Shown: one piece after another, positions 21,596 to 29,410 of the stretch
Layout of the letters: the number at the start of each line of letters is the position of its first letter
Position numbering within the stretch: position 1 is the first letter of the stretch
IMG/VR virus record: IMGVR_UViG_3300045988_055400
Location: 1-29,410 of that record
Source of the DNA: a virus
Length of the DNA: 29,410 bases
Strand: one strand, 5' to 3'
The notes under the pieces: model-generated
Databases searched by the model: none
What the model was told of the DNA's origin: nothing
The model's input: the letters and a program-made list of their open reading frames with translations, nothing else
Made by a program: the position numbers and the translations under genes

Positions 21596-22459
21596 ATGGC
21601 ATCCTATCCACTCATCGGCAAAAAAACCGTCTACATCGACGACATGATCATCCCCCCCGACTACGTGCAGGATGAAGTCGGCACTCTCACCCTCACTCCA
21701 AGCACCACCGAAATCGCCAGCCAGTCCGGCACTATCAAAGTGCCGAACGGCAGCTACGACGAAATGAGCTTCGAACTCAACGTCATCTGCCCTAGCGTCC
21801 GCTTCCTCGGCATGCTGTTCCCCGAACTCTACCACAACGCAAAATTCAAGCGCGTCATCGGCGGAGACCTCGGAGAAACAGGACAGGTACGATTCGGCGG
21901 CAACGAATGCGTCTCCAACACGCCACGAGACATCATCATCCACAACGTGTGCGACGGCCAGTCCAGCGCACAGGACTTCCGCATCCCGCAAGCCCTCATC
22001 AGCGCCGGAGGCGAATTCAAGATCAGCCTCAGCGACCCATTCGTCGTCACCCTCACTGGCACCATGACCGCCAGCCCCGAAGGCGCGGTCGTCATGGGCG
22101 AACTCGACCTCGACACGCCAAGCTACTACGACGAAAGCACCGGAACCATCAAGCCGTCGACAAACGCCATCACCTCTCTCATCGCCACCCCTTCCAACAT
22201 CAACTGCAAAGTGAACGAACCAGTGAAAATCACCGTGACCGCCATGCCGAACGGAGCCACCGGCACCATCACCGCAGAAAACTTGGAAGCTGAAACATCC
22301 ACCGTAACCGACAACGGCGACGGTACTTGGACCCTCATTGCCAAAAAGCCCGGCAACAGCTCCATTGCCTTTAAATCCGGTACCGCACAGGTAACCATCC
22401 ACATCAACGCGACAGACGACTCCTCCATCGCTTCCAACGACACCAATACAGAAGCGTAA
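21596..22459 (+). CDS. Major tail protein with a C-terminal Ig-like (Big_2-type) domain
   Basis: Position. The C-terminal VKITVTAMPNGATGTITAENLE...GTWTLIAKKPGNSSIAFKSG is Ig-like. Confidence 0.75.
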   Translation: MASYPLIGKKTVYIDDMIIPPDYVQDEVGTLTLTPSTTEIASQSGTIKVPNGSYDEMSFELNVICPSVRFLGMLFPELYHNAKFKRVIGGDLGETGQVRFGGNECVSNTPRDIIIHNVCDGQSSAQDFRIPQALISAGGEFKISLSDPFVVTLTGTMTASPEGAVVMGELDLDTPSYYDESTGTIKPSTNAITSLIATPSNINCKVNEPVKITVTAMPNGATGTITAENLEAETSTVTDNGDGTWTLIAKKPGNSSIAFKSGTAQVTIHINATDDSSIASNDTNTEA

Positions 22460-22478
22460 CCAGACAGAAAACAGAAAA

Positions 22479-22510
22479 AGCCCACCATCGTTACAATACG
22501 ATGATGGGCT
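22479..22510. other. 12-bp hairpin after the major tail gene; its loop shares CGTTACAAT with hairpin 19713-19744
   Basis: AGCCCACCATCG / CGATGATGGGCT with one mismatch. An A-run upstream would give a U-tract only on the minus strand. Confidence 0.5.
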
Positions 22511-22573
22511 AATCCGTCAACACAATGGCATAAAGGAGCCAATCCCAATAATACCACACTCAAGGAGCATGAA

Positions 22574-22924
22574 ATGACCAAACCAACACTAACCATCGAC
22601 ACCCGCAAATCATTCCGCCGACTCACCGTCAAAATCGACGGCATCACCTACACCATGCGCCCACTCGGCTCAAAAGACATGCTCACCATTCTCGACAACG
22701 CTGAAGCACTCGACAAACTCTCCGCCGGCGAAATGACCAAAGAAACACTGGAAACAGCGGAAAACATCATCTTCCCACTCGTCGCCGACCTCATGACCCC
22801 AAACAACGCCTTCCACGAATGGATGACACAAACCAAACAGCGCAGCGACCTCGCCTACCTACAAGCCATGACCGCCCTTTGCAGACTCATGGCAGAAAAC
22901 CTCACCCTCGACATCGAAGGCTGA
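22574..22924 (+). CDS. Tail assembly chaperone candidate (gpG position)
   Basis: Position between the major tail and tape measure genes. RBS AAGGAG. Confidence 0.6.
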   Translation: MTKPTLTIDTRKSFRRLTVKIDGITYTMRPLGSKDMLTILDNAEALDKLSAGEMTKETLETAENIIFPLVADLMTPNNAFHEWMTQTKQRSDLAYLQAMTALCRLMAENLTLDIEG

Positions 22925-22930
22925 CAATAA

Positions 22931-23260
22931 ATGCGCTCATGGGATAGCCTCCTCACCCCCGCAGAAAAACAGCGGATGCAAACATACAAACAACAAGAAA
23001 CAAAACAACACACCCCACCCAGCATCCGCATCCTCGCCGAACTCGGAGACCTATACGGGTGGGAGGCCATCCACGACGCACTAGAAAACAAGCTGACACC
23101 AAGCCTGACCCTCAACCTAATCAAAGAAGGCCAACGCCTCCGACGAACCCACCTAGCCGAACAATACCGACTGACCTTCGAATGCCTGACCGCAGCATTC
23201 ACTAAACACGGAGACCAAAAAATCAGCCGCATCATAAACGAGCTCGGAAAGGAACGATAA
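22931..23260 (+). CDS. Second chaperone-position protein (gpT position), separate ORF
   Basis: Position. It is in the same frame as the previous ORF, separated by TGA-CAA-TAA. Confidence 0.5.
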   Translation: MRSWDSLLTPAEKQRMQTYKQQETKQHTPPSIRILAELGDLYGWEAIHDALENKLTPSLTLNLIKEGQRLRRTHLAEQYRLTFECLTAAFTKHGDQKISRIINELGKER

Positions 23261-25309
23261 ATGGTTGACTCCACACTCACACTCGACGCCGAAATCAACA
23301 CCAGCGACTGGACAAACGGCGTCAAAACCATCCAAGCCGGAAGCCGTCAAATCGAAACATCCGCACGCGAAGCCTCCGACTCCATGGACAACATGGACGA
23401 ATCCTCCAAAAAATCATCCAACGGATTAGGCAAACTCTCCGCCATCGCCGGAGCCGTCGGCGGTCTCGTATCCACCGGACTCAACATGGCCGTGGACGCC
23501 ATAAGCAACCTCAGCGGCGACATCATAGAAGCTTCCGACTCGGCACAAAAATTCGCCAGCACGCTAAACTTCGCAGGCTTGGACACAAGCACGATAGACC
23601 AGCTTACCGCCAGCACGCAAAAGTACGCGGACCAGACAGTCTACGACCTGTCCGACATTCGCAACACCACCGCACAATTAGCTGCGAACGGTGTCGACAA
23701 TTATGCGAACCTAGCGGAAGCGGCCGGTAACCTCAACGCGGTCGCAGGTGGTAACGCTGACACGTTCAAAAGCGTTGGCATGGTATTGACGCAAACGGCC
23801 GGCGCAGGCAAACTCACCACCGAAAACTGGAACCAGTTAAGCGATGCGATCCCGGGCGCTTCAGGTAAACTACAGGAAGCCATGAAGAAAAACGGCGCGT
23901 ACACGGGCGATTTCCGTGACGCGATGGCCAAAGGCGAGATCACCGCCGAGGAATTCAACAAGGCCGTCATGGACTTGGGTATGACCGATGCGGCCAAGGA
24001 AGCCGCTACCAGTACGCAAACCATCGAGGGTGCGATGGGAAATCTAGAAGCTTCCGTCGTGAACGTCGGTATGCAAATATTGGATTCGTTCAAAGGTCCT
24101 GCTACTCAAGGTATCAGCATGCTTGCCGAGGGTATCGGCGGTTTGCCTCAGGCTTTCAAAAGCATGACGTCGTCGATGATGCCAGTCTTGCAGCAGGTTG
24201 GTAGCGTACTCCAGTCTTCTTTCGCTCCGATCGGGCAAGTGTTCACCGGTCAACTATTGCCGGCTTTAAAACCGTTCATACAGTCTTTACAGAGTCTTGG
24301 CAGTGCGATCATGCCGATCCTGAACGCGGCTTTCCAAACGTTCATGCCAGTGTTGGGTTCGCTGGTCGCGAATCTGACTCAGATCGGTGCGATCATCATG
24401 ACCACGGTCACGCCTGTCATCAATAATCTGGCTGCAGTGTTCCAAACCGTCCTGCCAGTATTGCAAGCTCAATTCACCATATGGGCCAACGCCATTCAAG
24501 GTGTCATCGACGCGGTATTTCCTTATATTCAAACGGTCATCAGTACGGTAATGAACGTCATCAACTCCATTATCTCGACCGTACTTGCAGTCGTAAGAGG
24601 CGATTGGGACGCAGTATGGGCCAGTATAGGCAATCTTGCCTCGACAGTATGGAACGGTATCAAGAATGTCGTTACCGCCGGATTAAACTCCGTTTCCGAT
24701 ATCATCTCATCGGTTCTGGGTGTAATCAGCAACACGTGGTCCAATATTTGGAATTCTGTCAAGAATATCGCTTCCAACGCTTGGAACGGTATCATCAACA
24801 GTGTTCGCAACGGCGTCAACAATGTGGCGAACACCGTCAACGGCATTGGCGGTAAGATCAGGAACGCGTTCAGCAATGCCGGATCATGGCTGGTATCCGC
24901 TGGCAACAACATTATCCAAGGTTTGATCAACGGCATCAAGGGAGCCATAGGCAATGCCGTCGCAGCGGTCAAGGGAGCGGCTTCCAGTATCATCAACGCT
25001 GCGAAGGGCGCCCTTGGCATTCATTCGCCATCACGAGTGTTCCGTGACGAGGTCGGCAAGATGATCCCGGCCGGTCTCGGCGTCGGTGTGGAAATGAATG
25101 AGAGCTTGGCCGTACGACCGGTACGGAGCATGATATCGGATCTGCTCCCGTCCTCACTGTCAGGTCCTCTTTCGACTCCGATGTCTTCTCCGGTGGCTTT
25201 GAATGAGAATAACGGGCCTCGCGTGTCCGCTCCGATCACCGTCAACGCCTCCGATCCGACGATGGCGGCTCGGGAAACGGTCCGAATGATCAATTTTTGC
25301 TACGTGTGA
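23261..25309 (+). CDS. Tape measure protein
   Basis: 682 aa with Ala/Gly/Ser/Asn-rich helical repeats (e.g. SNTWSNIWNSVKNIASNAWNGIINSV), in the canonical position. Confidence 0.9.
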   Translation: MVDSTLTLDAEINTSDWTNGVKTIQAGSRQIETSAREASDSMDNMDESSKKSSNGLGKLSAIAGAVGGLVSTGLNMAVDAISNLSGDIIEASDSAQKFASTLNFAGLDTSTIDQLTASTQKYADQTVYDLSDIRNTTAQLAANGVDNYANLAEAAGNLNAVAGGNADTFKSVGMVLTQTAGAGKLTTENWNQLSDAIPGASGKLQEAMKKNGAYTGDFRDAMAKGEITAEEFNKAVMDLGMTDAAKEAATSTQTIEGAMGNLEASVVNVGMQILDSFKGPATQGISMLAEGIGGLPQAFKSMTSSMMPVLQQVGSVLQSSFAPIGQVFTGQLLPALKPFIQSLQSLGSAIMPILNAAFQTFMPVLGSLVANLTQIGAIIMTTVTPVINNLAAVFQTVLPVLQAQFTIWANAIQGVIDAVFPYIQTVISTVMNVINSIISTVLAVVRGDWDAVWASIGNLASTVWNGIKNVVTAGLNSVSDIISSVLGVISNTWSNIWNSVKNIASNAWNGIINSVRNGVNNVANTVNGIGGKIRNAFSNAGSWLVSAGNNIIQGLINGIKGAIGNAVAAVKGAASSIINAAKGALGIHSPSRVFRDEVGKMIPAGLGVGVEMNESLAVRPVRSMISDLLPSSLSGPLSTPMSSPVALNENNGPRVSAPITVNASDPTMAARETVRMINFCYV

Positions 25310-25321
25310 TAAGGATATGAT

Positions 25322-26218
25322 GTGGTTATGAGTATGTTTTCCCTCGATTCCCGTGACCTTCGGTTGACGTTGAACGGTTTCCCCCTCTATGGCGTGGACT
25401 CGTCTGGGTGCGAATGGCATGTCACGTTTCAGGACGTGTCCGGCTTGTTCGACGGCGTGGGTTCGACTTTGCAAACCAGTGAAAAGCTTATGGCTGACGG
25501 CTGGTATAGTAATCTGCCTCGTTTGAAAGGTCGTACCATCAGCATCGAAGGTCATATTATCGGCCGGTGTACCGAATCATGCGTAAAAGCGTGGACCGCG
25601 TTCAAAAGCGTCCTAAACACTGCCGGCATGAGACTGTCCGTACGGCTTGGTGATGTCGGTTTCCAAATGCAAGTGTGGCAGTCAGCATCCGCACCATTGG
25701 TCAAATGGGCTGGAGTGAACATGCTTCGTTTTAGTCTCGGTCTGACGTCTTTGGATCCGTGCGTATACGGGCTTGAATCGGTGTCCGGTGTTTCGGGATT
25801 GCCGAGCACGTCTGGCGGCATGGCGTTCCCATACTGTTTCGGAACGTGCGATGGTCCGGTATCATCTTGGGAGTGGAGCGAGGATGTCCTATCCGGACGT
25901 GTCCTACTATCGAACGTCGGCAACGCTCCAAGTCCGGTGTTTATTCGCATTGACGGCCCGGTCGTAAACCCTCAGGTATCGCATGTTGAAAGTGGACACG
26001 TCATGGCTTTCGATCTGAAGCTCGGCATCGGCCATTATGTGACCATAAACGGCGTAAACCATGAGATATTGATCGACGGGTTCGATCCGGCTCGTGGCCA
26101 TGTCGTCAGACGTGAATGGAGTCAGGCTGTGGCCGGGTTGAACGAGTGGGCTTTCAGTGCGAGTGAACATTCGAGTGATGCTCGTATGACGGTTTCTTTC
26201 TATCCGGCTTACATGTAG
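25322..26218 (+). CDS. Distal tail protein (Dit-like)
   Basis: Immediately after the tape measure gene, with a typical size. GTG 25322 lies 6 nt after AAGGA; ATG 25328 is an alternative. Confidence 0.65.
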   Translation: MVMSMFSLDSRDLRLTLNGFPLYGVDSSGCEWHVTFQDVSGLFDGVGSTLQTSEKLMADGWYSNLPRLKGRTISIEGHIIGRCTESCVKAWTAFKSVLNTAGMRLSVRLGDVGFQMQVWQSASAPLVKWAGVNMLRFSLGLTSLDPCVYGLESVSGVSGLPSTSGGMAFPYCFGTCDGPVSSWEWSEDVLSGRVLLSNVGNAPSPVFIRIDGPVVNPQVSHVESGHVMAFDLKLGIGHYVTINGVNHEILIDGFDPARGHVVRREWSQAVAGLNEWAFSASEHSSDARMTVSFYPAYM

Positions 26219-26228
26219 GGAGCGTGTC

Positions 26229-27338
26229 ATGGTTTTGTCCGGTGATTGGTTTGGCTCGCCTCGTTCCGTGGACGGGCATGCATTGTGGGATACGACCGGA
26301 TTTCAATTCCTTTCGGTGTCTTTGCCTACCGGAATCGTGTTGGCGGAGTTCCAGGATTTGCAGGTTTCCAAGTTTTCGTATCGTTTCGAGGAGAAGACAA
26401 GTGAGACGGTGATGATTCCATGGCGGAACATTCCAACTAATTGGAATGAGGCGACGATCCCGTATGGTACGGCCATTGTTTTGGTGAGCGGACAGACCGT
26501 ATTATGGGGTGGCATCGTCGTTAAACGGGAACGTGGCTTGCAGGATCAGGGCCTGTCTCTCACGTTGGCGACCGTCGAACATTATTTAGGCAACGTGTAT
26601 GTGAAGGATCATGCGTATTCGAAACGTGACCAGTGCGAGATCGTGAAGGATCTTGTATCGAGTACGCTCGCAGATCACCGGTTCACGCTTCTGACGAACG
26701 CGACCCCCAGTGGCATACTACGCGACAGGACGTATGAAGAGTCCTCCGAGAAAACGTTGCTGAGTGCCCTTCAGGACCTTTCGAACGTCCAGAACGGTCC
26801 GGAATGGTGCACGTCATGGCGGGCTGTCGAGGGCGGCAGATATCTGCCGGTTTTGACGGTTGCGGACAGGATAGGTTCCGTCACTCCGGTCACGACGTTT
26901 GATGAGAGTGTGATGACGTCTTTCAAGATCGTAGAGGATTACACGACTGATTACGGCGCGAACATGGTCGTAGCGGTCGGGAGCACGTCGGGGGAGACTC
27001 AGTTGCGGTCTGATGTAATGACCGTGGACCAGTCTTATCGTCCTGTCGTTGAATATGTGGTCCGAGCGTCGGAGAGCATTAAGCAGAAGGAAACGTTGAA
27101 CGCTCACGCCATGTCCGTGTTGCGACAATTACAGGATGGTACGAACACCGTCGCCATGACGTTGGATCTGATGGCTGCGCCTGTTGTCTACCAGGATTGG
27201 AGTCCGGGTGATGTCGTCGCGTGGGATATCACCGATGATAGTGGCCGTTTAGAGGGTTTCGCCCGAGGTGAAGCGCGTGTTGTTGGATATGATATTGACT
27301 TCACTGGTTCTTGGACTGTCACACCTGTATTGCAGTAG
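26229..27338 (+). CDS. Tail-associated/baseplate hub protein (Tal-like N-terminal domain only)
   Basis: Position after Dit. RBS GGGAG. Confidence 0.6.
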   Translation: MVLSGDWFGSPRSVDGHALWDTTGFQFLSVSLPTGIVLAEFQDLQVSKFSYRFEEKTSETVMIPWRNIPTNWNEATIPYGTAIVLVSGQTVLWGGIVVKRERGLQDQGLSLTLATVEHYLGNVYVKDHAYSKRDQCEIVKDLVSSTLADHRFTLLTNATPSGILRDRTYEESSEKTLLSALQDLSNVQNGPEWCTSWRAVEGGRYLPVLTVADRIGSVTPVTTFDESVMTSFKIVEDYTTDYGANMVVAVGSTSGETQLRSDVMTVDQSYRPVVEYVVRASESIKQKETLNAHAMSVLRQLQDGTNTVAMTLDLMAAPVVYQDWSPGDVVAWDITDDSGRLEGFARGEARVVGYDIDFTGSWTVTPVLQ

Positions 27339-27347
27339 GAGGATATT

Positions 27348-28037
27348 ATGCAAGGTAAGTTCAGGTTTTCGCTTGATGGGGTGGATGCCACCTCTCGCCA
27401 GTTTTCAGAGGTTCGCCGTCAGTTGCGTGAACTGTCGGCGGACGTTTCCAAGCGTGTAGAGGAAGTCGGTAAGCGTGTCGTTACCGTCGAGGATGATTTA
27501 GGTTCGCTTATTGGGGAGCAAGATCAGGCCAATGTTTACGAGGGTAATGCCGTGATCGTGCCTGCTCATGGCGGTACTGGCGTTAGGGACGTGTATTCCG
27601 GTTCGCTTCTGTCGAGTCCACTGAGGCCGGTTTACTGCCTTCCCGACGGCCGGTTAGGGACCGATCATTCGTCTGCGTGTTCGGTGGTGAACGTTGACGA
27701 TGCTGACGGGTTCATTCCGTTGGATGCTCTCCGTCGGGTGAAATGGCGTGTGTACATGTATGAGGATGATTTGAATTTGAGGCTTGATAACACACAGCCG
27801 GTCGTCGGTCTCCTTGCTGAGGATTTGGATGATGCCGGTCTTGGTTTTTTCTGCCTGTACGATGAGGATAGTGTTCCGGTCGGCGTTGACTATCCGAAGT
27901 TAAGCATTGCTGCCTTACGGTTGGCCCAAGAGAGCATGGATGAGGTGGATAAGCTGAGGGTTACTGTCGAGAGTCTTTCCTCAAAGATTGATAAAATAGA
28001 GAAGACTTATATTAAGAAACCTACTGTTGGAGAGTAG
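27348..28037 (+). CDS. Tail fibre protein with a C-terminal intramolecular-chaperone-like (S74-type) domain
   Basis: An N-terminal coiled coil and a PAHGGTG motif. The C-terminal ALRRVKWRVYMYEDD...VVGLLAEDLDDAG...VDYPKLSIAALRLAQE resembles the fibre chaperone domain. Confidence 0.6.
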   Translation: MQGKFRFSLDGVDATSRQFSEVRRQLRELSADVSKRVEEVGKRVVTVEDDLGSLIGEQDQANVYEGNAVIVPAHGGTGVRDVYSGSLLSSPLRPVYCLPDGRLGTDHSSACSVVNVDDADGFIPLDALRRVKWRVYMYEDDLNLRLDNTQPVVGLLAEDLDDAGLGFFCLYDEDSVPVGVDYPKLSIAALRLAQESMDEVDKLRVTVESLSSKIDKIEKTYIKKPTVGE

Positions 28038-28040
28038 CTT

Positions 28041-28940
28041 ATGAGTATTACCATGCATCCTTTGACTGCCGTGGATGGGGTTCCGACTTATACGGCCGAT
28101 AATTTTCGGCATGTTGTCAACCCGTTTCTGGCTCCGTCTGACGGCACGGCCTTCAACTGTATTTCCGGCGTGTTGTATGGTGCTGAGAGCCCGTTGTGCG
28201 TGATCGACGGGTTGAAGGTCACTGTCAAGCCTCATTGCGGGATAGTAAGCCCGTGGGCCAGTATCGGAGCTTACACTTATGCCAGTGTGGGCGAGGAGAC
28301 TGTGACGATTCCTGGTCCGTCCGGTAATTATAAGATCGCGGTCATCGTGGAGGATCCGAATTATTCGCATGGTAGCGTGCCTCGTGGTTTGGTGAAGGTG
28401 TATCCGGAGTCGACTGCCGATAATACGATTCCCGGTTTGGTGCTTGCTTATGTTACTGCTGGTGTTATTTCTGACGTGGCTCCTATGTTGTATCGGAATA
28501 TGCTGGTGAAAGTGCCTAACGTGGATAGGTTGAATGCCCTCTCCGCGGCTGACGGGCAGGAGGTGTTCGTGGCGTCTACCGGTACCCGGTATGTGAGGGA
28601 GAACGGCGTTTGGCACGACACCCTCGAAGTGGTTACCACCAATTGGCTTAACGGGAGTTTGACGCTCTTGTATGGTGCGGATTCCTGTACCGTGCAGGTT
28701 TCCGGCATTCAGATCGATGCCGCCTCGTGGGCTGAGATTCCTTTTACGGATAAAGTGAAGAAAGAATGTTGTCCCGCGGTGGATGTTTCAGCTGCACTTT
28801 GCGTCGAAAATGGGGCCAGTGTCACTGGCTTGTTGATGGTAGGTGCTGACGGTACCATTAAGATCACTAATAGGGGTGGCTCCGGTTCGACCGGTTCTCG
28901 CAGGGGTAGTGTGAGCTGGCCAATCTCCAGACGGTATTAA
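28041..28940 (+). CDS. Tail fibre/receptor-binding protein candidate
   Basis: Last structural ORF of the late arm. No motif recognised. Confidence 0.55.
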   Translation: MSITMHPLTAVDGVPTYTADNFRHVVNPFLAPSDGTAFNCISGVLYGAESPLCVIDGLKVTVKPHCGIVSPWASIGAYTYASVGEETVTIPGPSGNYKIAVIVEDPNYSHGSVPRGLVKVYPESTADNTIPGLVLAYVTAGVISDVAPMLYRNMLVKVPNVDRLNALSAADGQEVFVASTGTRYVRENGVWHDTLEVVTTNWLNGSLTLLYGADSCTVQVSGIQIDAASWAEIPFTDKVKKECCPAVDVSAALCVENGASVTGLLMVGADGTIKITNRGGSGSTGSRRGSVSWPISRRY

Positions 28941-28970
28941 GGGTTTTGCCGGGTTCGGTTTTTGATCAGT

Positions 28971-29010
28971 GCGCCACGATCGTAATTGTTTGATTGTGGC
29001 GCTTGTTTTA
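28971..29010 (+). terminator. Hairpin terminator after the fibre genes
   Basis: GCGCCAC / GTGGCGC stem with an 18-nt loop, followed by TTGTTTTA. Confidence 0.5.
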
Positions 29011-29021
29011 TGTCGGGTTGG

Positions 29022-29366
29022 TCAGAGTGGGCAGATGCGGTTTCGTAGTTCGTCCGGCAGTGATGGTTTTGGGTGGCGTGTTAGGAAGTCGTCGTCGATT
29101 ACTTCGCAGAATTGGGCGAGCCAGTGGCCTAGCGTGCGAATGTATCCGGTTTCGAGGTCGCTTACGTGTTGCAGTTCGTCTCGTGTTTGGATGAGTTTGT
29201 TTATTTTTTCGTCTTGGGCGTCGATTTGTTTTTTGAGTTCGCCCTGTGCCTCTACGATATGTTGGTAGGCGGTGGTGAGGTTGTTGCGTCGTGTGGTGAC
29301 CCATGTGATGGTGCCGCCTACTACTATGCCAGTGAGTCCGAGGATGGACGGTATTAGTTCTGTCAT
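29022..29366 (-). CDS. N-terminal TM plus coiled-coil protein, 114 aa, antisense to the late arm; starts inside the terminal repeat
   Basis: MTELIPSILGLTGIVVGGTITWV is the TM segment, followed by the helical segment QHIVEAQGELKKQIDAQDEKINKLIQTRDELQ. It converges on the fibre genes. Confidence 0.7.
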   Translation of the reverse strand: MTELIPSILGLTGIVVGGTITWVTTRRNNLTTAYQHIVEAQGELKKQIDAQDEKINKLIQTRDELQHVSDLETGYIRTLGHWLAQFCEVIDDDFLTRHPKPSLPDELRNRICPL

Positions 29367-29410
29367 GTAATTAAGTCTAGCGTAGGGTGTTTTGATATGC
29401 TAAGTAGTAT
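29356..29410. repeat. Terminal direct repeat, copy 2 (identical to 1-55)
   Basis: Direct comparison with 1-55. Confidence 0.97.
29374..29403 (-). promoter_or_regulatory. TTAGCA-18-TAGACT promoter, 7 nt before ATG 29366 (leaderless arrangement); equals positions 19-48
   Basis: Read on the minus strand across the repeat. Confidence 0.4.

Noticed and set aside
21410-22402. 330-aa minus-strand ORF antisense to the major tail gene, with similar cases at 14093..14782, 17938..18567, 18698..19168 and 20688..21134
   Set aside because: These are the same kind of composition artefact. They are Gly/Val/Asp/Ala-rich, have no motifs, and overlap well-supported late genes.
1-29410. Genome-wide TAG reassignment
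   Set aside because: TAG is the terminal stop of at least seven confidently called genes (ending at 1379, 7135, 12449, 13982, 26218, 27338 and 28037). Nothing protein-like continues after any of them.
1-29410. Retron, DGR, integrase, transposase or toxin-antitoxin modules
   Set aside because: No reverse-transcriptase, recombinase or transposase motifs appear in any frame I read. The small ORF pairs show no recognisable toxin folds by eye.

Overview
The window is a complete, circularly closed dsDNA tailed-phage genome. The first 55 nt are identical to the last 55 nt, so the unique length is 29,355 bp. No integrase, tRNA, rRNA, CRISPR array or transposase is visible.

Layout:
- Plus strand, 12.27-28.94 kb: small HTH protein, Bro-N/KilA-C-like antirepressor, SSB, terS, terL, portal-MuF fusion, prohead protease-major capsid fusion, collagen-like protein, head-tail joining genes, major tail protein with an Ig-like domain, two chaperone-position ORFs, tape measure, Dit, Tal and two fibre proteins.
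- Across the circular junction, 0.04-1.38 kb: a lysis cassette of small membrane protein, amidase endolysin and holin-like protein.
- Minus strand, 1.46-11.94 kb: an early arm of tightly coupled genes. These are an XRE-HTH, a winged-helix protein, a DUF1360-like membrane protein, a glutaredoxin-like protein, a YqaJ-type exonuclease, an ERF annealase, small HTH proteins, DUF3310, a DnaC-like loader, a replication organiser, a DUF1064 nuclease-like protein and dUTPase.

The most unusual part is a ~2 kb low-coding island (8794-10847) inside the replication module. It contains:
- two adjacent domain-like ORFs, each broken by a single in-frame TAG;
- a 28-bp tandem repeat;
- several strand-specific hairpins;
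- a promoter-plus-terminator mini-transcript;
- an AT-rich tract followed by four phased 15-bp palindromes, which looks like a candidate origin or operator array.

Other recurring signals:
- a 9-10 nt motif (CGACACGCC) at seven early intergenic sites, mostly paired with extended -10 boxes;
- a promoter-terminator pair at the entry to the late arm;
- three TAnnnT-N7-ATG arrangements that suggest leaderless mRNAs.

Leaderless starts and portal-MuF and protease-capsid fusions are typical of actinobacterial phages, but the host assignment is inference only. All functions were read by eye from motifs and gene order. No searches were run.
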